Shown piece by piece: positions 8,689 to 16,338 of a stretch of 21,714 nt of DNA (position 1 is the first letter of the stretch; every line of letters begins with the position of its first letter). The DNA lies in the NCBI GenBank assembly GCA_964510585.1, contig CAZECW010000029.1:1-21714 (forward strand), in the 5' to 3' direction. A program made the position numbers and the translations under genes. A model generated the notes under the pieces. The model made no database searches. It was not told the DNA's origin and saw only the letters and a program-made list of their open reading frames with translations. The DNA is from an uncultured archaeon. Lineage in GTDB: Archaea; Asgardarchaeota; Jordiarchaeia; Jordiarchaeales; Jordiarchaeaceae.

Positions 8689-10155
8689 CTACTCTTCTTC
8701 CTCTTCTATACCGCAGATTCTCTTAGCGTCTCGGACCCTTGATTGTAAGGGTTCTCCCTTAGAGGCATAGTACATGGTTATTTTACAAGCCTGCCCGGAA
8801 CCACCGCCATGTGCTGCTGAGTGGCAGAGGGCTCCAGCACCATAGGTTAGATTTTCTATTAGTCTCACAATTCTTGCCCTGTGTTCTGCTGGGGTTTCAT
8901 TCGCTCCCGCGTAAAATCTTGCGAGGTAGTGGGCTATTTCTGGATTTTTGAATTCTTTTTCGCTTGGTAGGGTTGCTATGATTCCTCCAGTGATGTCTTC
9001 TGCGAGCCTTATAATTTCATATACTGCTTTTGAAGCCACGTACTTGGTATTGTTTGCAAGGATTATGTCCGGTATCATTCCTGCTCCCTCGTAGTAGGTT
9101 GCTTTAACACATGATGCTATAGCGCAAGAATACATTGTTTCATTATAACTTATCATGTCGGTTATTTTTTCTCTAACGTGGGAAACGTTTGCTGTGCCGT
9201 TTAATTCTGCGTAGGCTTGAACCGCCCCTATGAGTACGTCTGTCCAGCCGGTTTTGCAGCCGCCTGTTGTTGGCCTGTGACACGCACCCAGAAGGTTCAC
9301 AAGCATTCCTGTAAATTCCACCTCACCACACATAAACACTCTTTCCCAGGGAACAAAAACGTCATCAAATATCACAACTGTTTCGTGGAAACCATATTTT
9401 GGATTGCCAATGTCCCATTCTGAGTCTTCCCTTCTGCGGTCGTCCTGAGAATAGCGGGCAGATATATTTTTTATTCCCTTTGCGTTGCCCGGAACCGCAC
9501 AGCAAACAGCATAGTCCTCTGATCCAGGGTAATGGGTAGTGGAGGGTGCTACAAACTTTTCATGGGAGCACACGGATCCTGTCTGACAGAGTTTTGCGCC
9601 CCGCAGAACTATGCCGTCTTTGTCCTTTTCCACAACCCTTAGGTACATATCAGGGTCGCCCTGTTCATGGGCTTTAAGTAAACGGTCGCCCTTAGGATCA
9701 GTCATTGCTGGACAGCCGATCAAATCGTTTTTCTGGAAGTACTTTATGTATTCCACTGCGTTTTTATAGTAGTGGGTTCCTTTGGCCTCATCAATCTTTT
9801 TGGTTGTCGCAAGCAGAGCGGGAAAGGCGTTGTGGACGCAGCGGAAGGAACACATTCCAATTCTACGGTTAGCATATCTTGTTATGTCCACCTTTCTTAT
9901 GAGATCCTCCACGGTTTGGGCAACGTGAGTCCAGCGGCTGATGGTTTCTCCTGTAAAGTGGGATTTGGTGAGGAGAAAATTCTTTAGTTTTTCCTCATGT
10001 TGCATATCGTAGGTTTTGGCAATAGCGTTAATCATGGGTTTAACTTTGGGATGGTTGACAACGGATTTGCCAGAAATTTTGCCACCATCAATGTACAATT
10101 CAAAATTCATATCAATCATATCTTGGATATACTCCTCACCAGTCTTCAAATACAA
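8689..10155 (-). CDS. 4-hydroxybutyryl-CoA dehydratase / 4-hydroxyphenylacetate 3-hydroxylase family FAD/[4Fe-4S] protein (AbfD-like)
   Basis: AMTDPKGDR, GIVLRGAK, FDDVFVPWERVF and EDITGG motifs, with the AbfD-type FeS ligands CxxxC (C102/C106), H293 and C300. TTG start after a GAAGGTGA RBS. Confidence 0.9.
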   Translation of the reverse strand: MYLKTGEEYIQDMIDMNFELYIDGGKISGKSVVNHPKVKPMINAIAKTYDMQHEEKLKNFLLTKSHFTGETISRWTHVAQTVEDLIRKVDITRYANRRIGMCSFRCVHNAFPALLATTKKIDEAKGTHYYKNAVEYIKYFQKNDLIGCPAMTDPKGDRLLKAHEQGDPDMYLRVVEKDKDGIVLRGAKLCQTGSVCSHEKFVAPSTTHYPGSEDYAVCCAVPGNAKGIKNISARYSQDDRRREDSEWDIGNPKYGFHETVVIFDDVFVPWERVFMCGEVEFTGMLVNLLGACHRPTTGGCKTGWTDVLIGAVQAYAELNGTANVSHVREKITDMISYNETMYSCAIASCVKATYYEGAGMIPDIILANNTKYVASKAVYEIIRLAEDITGGIIATLPSEKEFKNPEIAHYLARFYAGANETPAEHRARIVRLIENLTYGAGALCHSAAHGGGSGQACKITMYYASKGEPLQSRVRDAKRICGIEEEEE

Positions 10156-10255
10156 TTCTACTTCACCTTCTTACTTTCACAATTTCGTTTTCCAAACCAA
10201 AATGAAGACATTAATACACTAGAAAAGTAGCCTTTTTAATATTTTTCGACAAACC

Positions 10256-10275
10256 AAATCGTAAAAACACGATTT
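10256..10275. promoter_or_regulatory. Perfect 7-6-7 palindrome AAATCGT-N6-ACGATTT, candidate operator
   Basis: Read directly from the sequence, in the intergenic region between the divergent AbfD-like and PaaK-like genes. Confidence 0.4.
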
Positions 10276-10528
10276 TATCACCTTCTAAGCACAAAAATTT
10301 CCCCTATCACCATTCAAATGCCTTGAATATTTCCCCCGCTTGTGTTTTAAGGTTTTCCAAAATATGAGTGGAAGGGAGTACCCCTCTCTAAGGAAAACGA
10401 TAAATAATAAGCCAGAAAACTTGGTAAATATTAAAAACTAGTTCTACGCATAATAAGTCTTAATTGAACGTTTTAAAATTAATAAATTTGGTTATCTGTA
10501 AAAAATGTAATTTTTGGAGGGAAACTTT

Positions 10529-11947
10529 TTGTCTGAGTTAATGGAAGAGATTAAGGCCCTAGTCGCGGGACACATTAAGGGCTCCCCACACCTAAGCGGA
10601 GCCAAGTACTATAATGAACCAGTTGAAAGAATGCCACGGCCAAAAATAGAAGAGCTGCAGTGGAAATTGTTAAAACTCCAAATAAAAAGAGCCTATGAGC
10701 TCACTCCATTCTATCACAAAAGGCTCAAGGAAGTGGGAATCAAGCCTGAAGACATTAAAACCCTAAAAGACTTCCAAAAAATTCCGCCTGTGCTAAAAGA
10801 CGACATTCGAGAGCAAATGAAGAAAACCGGCGACCCCTTCGGAGGATGCCTAGCGGTGCCCTTTCTACCATCCAAAATACTCAATGTATATTCCTCCACG
10901 GGAACCACCGGACTGAGAACATTCAACGTTCACACAGATTGGGACAGAAATTGGTGCCTGGAGGAAATCTGCAGATTAGGAGTCATGGAGATGCACGACG
11001 CGCCGCCCGGATCTGTTTTCATAGACTTCGGTTTCCACTGGCATGGAGGAATCACTGGGGTTGAGCTGGGAGTCTCAAGATTGGGGTTAATTGTGGCGCC
11101 TATGGAGGCTTTGGGACCTGGATTCGAACTAGAAAGATGTTTACAGGCACTTCAATTTCTGAAACCCATAAGTATCCATTGGCCACTGGTAACTTTGTGG
11201 ATTTTTGGAGACTGGCTACAATCAATAAATAAGGATCCCAAAGAAGCCATGAAGCATGTAAAACTACTATCTACCTCAGGTGACGTTTTGACCACCGCAG
11301 CCGCAGAATTTGTTAAGGAATACTGGGGTTTTGAACGCGTACATTCCGGTTTTCAGATGGCTGACACCTGGATAACTGGGTGCAATTGTTCTGAGCAACC
11401 CCCAAACATCACTCACATCTGTGACGACTTCCACTATGTGGAAGCTGTGGATCCTGAAACCGGTGAGCAGGTAGCACCGGGCGAGCGGGGTATACTGGTA
11501 ATCACTCCACTGGTTATGGAGGCCATTCCGCATCTGAGGTGGAATAATGAAGACTACGTTTCGCTGATTCAGGATGAGTGTGAATGTGGTCGCACCCACA
11601 CCCGTCTACACTGGTACGGGAGGGAGGCTTTTGCTGTAGATGTTAGGGGTAGGAAGGTGTTTCCCAGCGAAGTTGAAACAGAGCTATTCGAGTACCCAGA
11701 AATAGGAGTTAACGCCATCGCCTCGCAATTCGTTAAAACCGCTGAAGGCTCCCAGGACAAGTTGATTATAAGAGTGACCTATTTCCCAGATAAGACAAAA
11801 GATCCTCAGAAGTTGAAGGAAAGTGCCGAGAAAAAAATAAAACAAAAACTGGGACTTGACGTAGAAATCGAATTTATGAGTCAAGATGAAATGAAAGCCG
11901 CCCTAACAGCACCACACAAGACATCTAGGCTAATAAAACGGTATTAA
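10529..11947 (+). CDS. Phenylacetate-CoA ligase / coenzyme F390 synthetase (PaaK-like) adenylate-forming enzyme
   Basis: PFYHKRLKEVGI.PEDIKTL.D..KIP...KDD, P-loop SSTGTTG, HYVEAVDPETGEQV.PGE.G.LVIT, CECGRTH.RL and KVFPSEVE. TTG 10529 lies 7 nt after GGAGGG; the ORF track starts at 10514. Confidence 0.88.
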   Translation: MSELMEEIKALVAGHIKGSPHLSGAKYYNEPVERMPRPKIEELQWKLLKLQIKRAYELTPFYHKRLKEVGIKPEDIKTLKDFQKIPPVLKDDIREQMKKTGDPFGGCLAVPFLPSKILNVYSSTGTTGLRTFNVHTDWDRNWCLEEICRLGVMEMHDAPPGSVFIDFGFHWHGGITGVELGVSRLGLIVAPMEALGPGFELERCLQALQFLKPISIHWPLVTLWIFGDWLQSINKDPKEAMKHVKLLSTSGDVLTTAAAEFVKEYWGFERVHSGFQMADTWITGCNCSEQPPNITHICDDFHYVEAVDPETGEQVAPGERGILVITPLVMEAIPHLRWNNEDYVSLIQDECECGRTHTRLHWYGREAFAVDVRGRKVFPSEVETELFEYPEIGVNAIASQFVKTAEGSQDKLIIRVTYFPDKTKDPQKLKESAEKKIKQKLGLDVEIEFMSQDEMKAALTAPHKTSRLIKRY

Positions 11948-12169
11948 ACATCAATCCATCCCACATTTTTTTATTTCTTCCAATCACAATTAATAATTAT
12001 TTAATATTTTATTACTCACCAGTAGTTTATCAAAAAAGTAAATTCAAGTAATGTTTGGATTAAAAGACGCAGACCTTTTTCTAAATTTATTAGTATGGAT
12101 TTTGTAGCTCTTTAATTGATGTGATGGTTTAAAGTGCAATCATAAAGGATTTGTTTGGAGGTGTGTTTG

Positions 12170-13726
12170 TTGGAGAAGTATCCTTGGTGGACTGAGTATC
12201 AGAAAAAATTGGCTGATGAGGTTGAAGCTTTTGCCCTTCAGATTGCTCCCAGAGCTCTGGAGCTGGTCTGGAAGAGAGAACATCCTGCAGATTTAGTTAA
12301 AATGGTTGGAGAAAGGGGATGGTTTGGAGTACTAGTACCTGAAGAGTACGGAGGAATGGGAAAAAACGGTGGAGTGACTTCCAGTGCGATCATAACTGAG
12401 GGATTAACCAGCGTAGGGATGCTGGGAGGACTGTTTTTCTCCACCCAGTTTGGAGGTGTAAAACAGCTATCAACGTTTGGTACGCCTGAGCAGAAGGAGC
12501 GCTGGCTGACTAGGGTGGCTCGAGGCGAAGTGATAGGCGCGTTAGGACTCACAGAACCCTTTGTGGGGAGCGACGCTGCAGGGATCAAAACCACCGCGGT
12601 TAAGGATGGGGACGAATGGGTGATTAATGGCAAAAAGAGATTTATAACAAATACTGGGGTTGCAAACCTATACTTTGTTTATGCAAGAACTAGCAACGAT
12701 CCGAAAGATATTCAGGGCAGGAGGCATCTAACTGCCTTTGTTGTGGAACGGGGAACCCCAGGGTTTAGTGTGGAGAGAATAAATGAATTGGCGGTGTTTG
12801 ACGCTGTGCGTAACGGTACCCTTAACTTTAACAATGTGCGCGTTCCTGAAGAAAACATAGTTGGAGGAGTGGGTGGCGGTTGGAATGTTATGACTTCTGG
12901 TCTCAATTTTGAGAGGCTAATGATTGCAGTTTGTATGGTTTCCGCGATGAGGGAAGCTCTTAGGAACGCTTTATATTTCACTGAGAGGAGGGTGCAGTTC
13001 GGTCAGAGAACAATTGATTTTGAGAGTAACCAGTATAAAATTGCGGACATGATTATGAGGCTCAAATCCACAAGACTACTTTGCTATTATACTGCATACC
13101 AGGAGGACTTGGGTAACAACCCCATAATAGAGGCAAACGCAGCCAAAATTATGGCTACAGAATTGGCGAGAGAGTCTGCAATAGACGCTCTACAGGTCTG
13201 CGGGGGCGACAGCTTCACCAAATACTATACAGTGGAGCAACTGTTGAGAGATACCAAAATAAATGAGGTGGGGGGTGGCACCAACGAGGTTCTGAGGCGT
13301 CTCATAGTCTACATATATCGGAGACTATTCTCAGCTGAGATACCACAGCCTAGAAGACGCATACACAAAGAGCTGAGAATTCCTATTCCCTATTTTGAGT
13401 CTCCTGGTAGAAAAGCCCCCACAAGTCAAGCCACCACTCCTGAAGCTATGGAGAAATTGGTTCTTGAGGCTTTGAGTGAGGACTACTTTGTAAATCCTGG
13501 GCTTCACATGAAGCGTGAAGAACTAATGGACGATACCGGTTTGAGCGAGGAGCAGTTAGACGAAACCCTTCTCTCCTTGGAAGAGAAAGGGCTGGTTGAT
13601 CTTTGGCGTGATAGGCACGGAGTCATCAGGTTGGCTAAGGCCACCTACGAGGGGCTTAACAAGGCAAAACCCTTAGATTTCTACCGCTGGTATCCTCCAT
13701 GGAGCAGAGAAGAAGAGAGATTCTAA
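12170..13726 (+). CDS. Acyl-CoA dehydrogenase (IVD/LCAD-type catalytic Glu) with a C-terminal winged-helix-like extension
   Basis: VPEEYGG, ALGLTEPFVGSDAAGIKT, WVINGKKRFITN, F.NVRVPEENIVG, R.QFGQ..I..FE..QYKIADM, QVCGG and GGGTNEV, followed by about 130 extra residues. TTG 12170 follows a GGAGGTG RBS; the ORF track starts at 12155. Confidence 0.93.
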   Translation: MEKYPWWTEYQKKLADEVEAFALQIAPRALELVWKREHPADLVKMVGERGWFGVLVPEEYGGMGKNGGVTSSAIITEGLTSVGMLGGLFFSTQFGGVKQLSTFGTPEQKERWLTRVARGEVIGALGLTEPFVGSDAAGIKTTAVKDGDEWVINGKKRFITNTGVANLYFVYARTSNDPKDIQGRRHLTAFVVERGTPGFSVERINELAVFDAVRNGTLNFNNVRVPEENIVGGVGGGWNVMTSGLNFERLMIAVCMVSAMREALRNALYFTERRVQFGQRTIDFESNQYKIADMIMRLKSTRLLCYYTAYQEDLGNNPIIEANAAKIMATELARESAIDALQVCGGDSFTKYYTVEQLLRDTKINEVGGGTNEVLRRLIVYIYRRLFSAEIPQPRRRIHKELRIPIPYFESPGRKAPTSQATTPEAMEKLVLEALSEDYFVNPGLHMKREELMDDTGLSEEQLDETLLSLEEKGLVDLWRDRHGVIRLAKATYEGLNKAKPLDFYRWYPPWSREEERF

Positions 13727-13931
13727 ACCTCAACCCTCCTTTTTCCCCTATTTACAACTTTTTAATCATTCAATATTCCGCGGATTAAGGTAAAAACTTC
13801 CATTTAAATATGAAACCTCTAATTAATCTTAACGAAGAAAACAAGTGGGATTCAGCATCTAAGAAGATTTGGGGAAAACAATGAAAAATGGGGCCTAAAC
13901 CAGGTGGAAAAATATTCCTTTTATCGTGTAG

Positions 13932-14849
13932 TTAATAGTGCGGGGGCTCAGGATGGATCTTTTCAATGTAGCTTGTTTCAAAGACTTCCTTTTCGCCTAA
14001 TATCTTTTTTATGTAACCTAACTTTTTGAGAATTGGTACAAAGGCTAGAGTTGATGTAATGTATTGGGGGGAGAGTGCGGCGCAGTATTTCGGTGAGATG
14101 GTGTAGGTTGCTTTTACAAATTCAGGGTTTAATCCTTTTATTTCCTTGGAAACCAGTTTCGCTGCCTTGCCCGGATTCTCCCTGATGAGTGTACATGCCT
14201 TCTTGTGCATCTTTAAAAATTCCAGAATCACATGGGTTGTTTCCTTCAACTCTTCTCTTATCACTATGCCGTAGCTGGGGTTATTGGGCCAGAGCTTATT
14301 TGGAGGTATTACCAAGTGCACGTCAATTTGCCGGGAGGCGGCAACAATGAGGGATGGGGTTCCAACTGCGGCATCTATTTCCCCATTTTCCAGAGCTTCA
14401 GGAAGAAATTCTGCCCACTCATAATTTCTCACCGTTACGCCTTTCACGCCCTGTTCCTCAAGCAGGTTACGGATAATTACATCGTGTATTGAGCCTTGGG
14501 AAGGTGTTCCTATTTTCTTCCCAGAGAACTGCTCAAGAACCTTTTTCACATCCCCCAGTTCTTCCAGTGTTTTGTAGTGCTTAGGGGCTAACATAATGGT
14601 GCCTTCAACATGTCCTCCCCCCACACATATAATGGGATTACCCTTGTCTATAGCTATCATTGCTGGAGGAAGGCCAATGTAGCCTATGTCTATTTTATGC
14701 TCACTAAAAGCTTTGGTCATTGCGGGTCCGGTGGGATAGAGCTCCCAGTCAACCTTAAGCCCCGAACTTTTCTCCAACCATCCTCCACTTTTCAGAATGT
14801 AAGAGGTGTGGTACAGTGTTGGCAGGTATCCTACTCTGAGATCGCTCAA
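13932..14849 (-). CDS. SsuA/NrtA/THI5(NMT1)-like periplasmic-binding-fold protein lacking a signal peptide
   Basis: LRVGYLPT, GLKVDWELYPTGPAMTKAF...IDIGYIGLPPA, GKKIGTPSQGSIHDV and L..GEIDAAV. The TTG start overlaps the upstream TGA (TTGA). There is no hydrophobic N-terminus. Confidence 0.82.
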   Translation of the reverse strand: MSDLRVGYLPTLYHTSYILKSGGWLEKSSGLKVDWELYPTGPAMTKAFSEHKIDIGYIGLPPAMIAIDKGNPIICVGGGHVEGTIMLAPKHYKTLEELGDVKKVLEQFSGKKIGTPSQGSIHDVIIRNLLEEQGVKGVTVRNYEWAEFLPEALENGEIDAAVGTPSLIVAASRQIDVHLVIPPNKLWPNNPSYGIVIREELKETTHVILEFLKMHKKACTLIRENPGKAAKLVSKEIKGLNPEFVKATYTISPKYCAALSPQYITSTLAFVPILKKLGYIKKILGEKEVFETSYIEKIHPEPPHY

Positions 14850-15121
14850 CTACCGAAGCCCCCTGCTACTGGAAGGAACATTACAATAGTGTCTCCATCA
14901 TTTATTTTGGTTTCCGGGTTACCCGCTTCTTTTCCATTTATTAAGAACCTTACATACTTCCTTATTGTTCCCTTCTCGTCTAAAACAGCTTCTCTAAATT
15001 TCTCTCCATATTTCTGGCATAGATGCTGCGTGAGAAGGGCGATGTTCTCCTTCCTCTCTGTTTCTATCACCGCTTCGCCCACTATTTCCCGGAGCATGGT
15101 TAGAAATTTTACTTTTATCAT
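14846..15121 (-). CDS. MoaD/ThiS/SAMP1-like ubiquitin-fold protein, C-terminus ...PVAGG-FGS
   Basis: IKVKFLTMLREIVG, YVRFLING, KINDGDTIVMFLPVAGG: a canonical beta-grasp sulfur-carrier pattern with three residues after the diglycine. Confidence 0.9.
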   Translation of the reverse strand: MIKVKFLTMLREIVGEAVIETERKENIALLTQHLCQKYGEKFREAVLDEKGTIRKYVRFLINGKEAGNPETKINDGDTIVMFLPVAGGFGS

Positions 15122-15265
15122 CTATACTTCCCCAGTGTGTTTCTCAGGTTGTCTTAGATTTTCATTCTTTTCCAGGATGACAAAAATGATTTAGGTGACG
15201 TAAACTTATTGGGCTCCTCTAGATTTATAAATTTTCGTTCCCTTCCCTTTATTGTGGGAATTTAA

Positions 15266-15691
15266 TTGGATGAACTATTCACTTATCCTGAAAAAATTTA
15301 TGGAATATTTGTCGCAGTCCCGAGGAGGCCCAGATTTCCGCAAGTAAAGTACCTTTTTGTTTTCACAAACCACAGAATAATATTATTCCGGGGACTCGAA
15401 ATACTAAAAAACCCACCACCAGAAATCAACCCCCATTCCCGATACATCGACTGGAAACACGTGAGTAAAGTGGTGGAAAACATTAAGGGAAGTTACCAAA
15501 TCCCCCTATACGAGATTAAGGAGATAACAGTTAACACCTACTGGCGAAGAATAACCATTTACGGCTACCTTATGATAATAGAAACCTATGAGGGAAAAAA
15601 GCACAAATGGAACCTACGCTTCGAATACCTTGAAGCAATGAAAAACCTCGCCAAGGAACTGGGCATCCCCCTAAACATTATACGAAAATAA
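15266..15691 (+). CDS. Hypothetical protein, possible PH-like (bPH/GRAM) fold
   Basis: 141-aa ORF with LFVFTNHRIILF, IPLYEIKEITV, LMIIETYEG and a C-terminal amphipathic helix. TTTATAAA lies about 35 nt upstream. Confidence 0.7.
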   Translation: MDELFTYPEKIYGIFVAVPRRPRFPQVKYLFVFTNHRIILFRGLEILKNPPPEINPHSRYIDWKHVSKVVENIKGSYQIPLYEIKEITVNTYWRRITIYGYLMIIETYEGKKHKWNLRFEYLEAMKNLAKELGIPLNIIRK

Positions 15692-15813
15692 AAAACAACC
15701 TTTCACCTAAAGCAAAATAGTAAAACAAGCTGAACTATATATCTGTGCCACACCTCTGTAATACACCATTTTATGAATTTAACCATCCTTAATTTCAAAG
15801 GTGAAAATCAAAA

Positions 15814-16140
15814 ATGGAACTTTTAGATAAGATATTAGTGCCAAACTGGACCACCAAAAACATGCTGGAGAGAAAAGTAATACAAAAGGCGGCTCAAGAA
15901 ATCAACGCAAACATAAAGAATATCGAAAAAGGCCCGGATTTCGCAACATTTAATCTTAGCACAAGTAAAACAGTTATGTTCCTCGGCGCTGACTACATTG
16001 TTAAACTAAAAGACTCCAAAAAGGGAGTTGTAGTGGAGCTCCAAGGAGAGCCCAAAATCGACCTAGAAGACCCTAAACGGCTAACAGAAACAGGATACAA
16101 ACTTTTAGAAAAAATCCAGAAACTATGCACACAAAAATAA
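15814..16140 (+). CDS. Hypothetical protein (108 aa)
   Basis: ATG with a GGTGA RBS 9 nt upstream. Helix-strands-helix pattern; I do not recognise a family. Confidence 0.65.
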   Translation: MELLDKILVPNWTTKNMLERKVIQKAAQEINANIKNIEKGPDFATFNLSTSKTVMFLGADYIVKLKDSKKGVVVELQGEPKIDLEDPKRLTETGYKLLEKIQKLCTQK

Positions 16141-16338
16141 AAAACTGCAGATTCAATCCTTCCAATTTGGAGAAAAACTAAAATTTCAATAGTACAACAT
16201 GTGTTTCTAAACTCTCAGCACCTTCAAACCTAGTTGATTTCCATTCCAGAACTGATATAAACTGAGGGAAACCCTATTTCCTCGGAAAAGTGAAAAACCA
16301 AAAATTGTAATTTATCACACATTCTGCACTCGTTTTAT

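Noticed and set aside
1338-10155. 3-hydroxypropionate/4-hydroxybutyrate carbon-fixation cycle (mutase + AbfD)
   Set aside because: The mutase has ICM-type rather than MCM-type residues, the AbfD homolog lacks the key Tyr and Glu, and no carboxylase or epimerase gene is present.
1410-14492. Numerous 60-130-aa antisense or alternate-frame ORFs inside the large genes (e.g. 2439..2768, 4884..5240, 5837..6181, 7369..7677, 11276..11599, 12238..12633)
   Set aside because: They lie almost wholly within well-supported CDSs, have no motifs or RBSs, and are expected by chance.
13932-14849. Sulfonate/nitrate or tungstate ABC transporter
   Set aside because: There is no signal peptide or anchor and no adjacent permease or ATPase; the sequence is not ModA/WtpA/TupA-like by my reading. 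It is kept as a fold-level call only.
14610-15194. 194-aa plus-strand ORF
   Set aside because: It is antisense to the MoaD-like and binding-fold genes, both of which have recognisable motifs.
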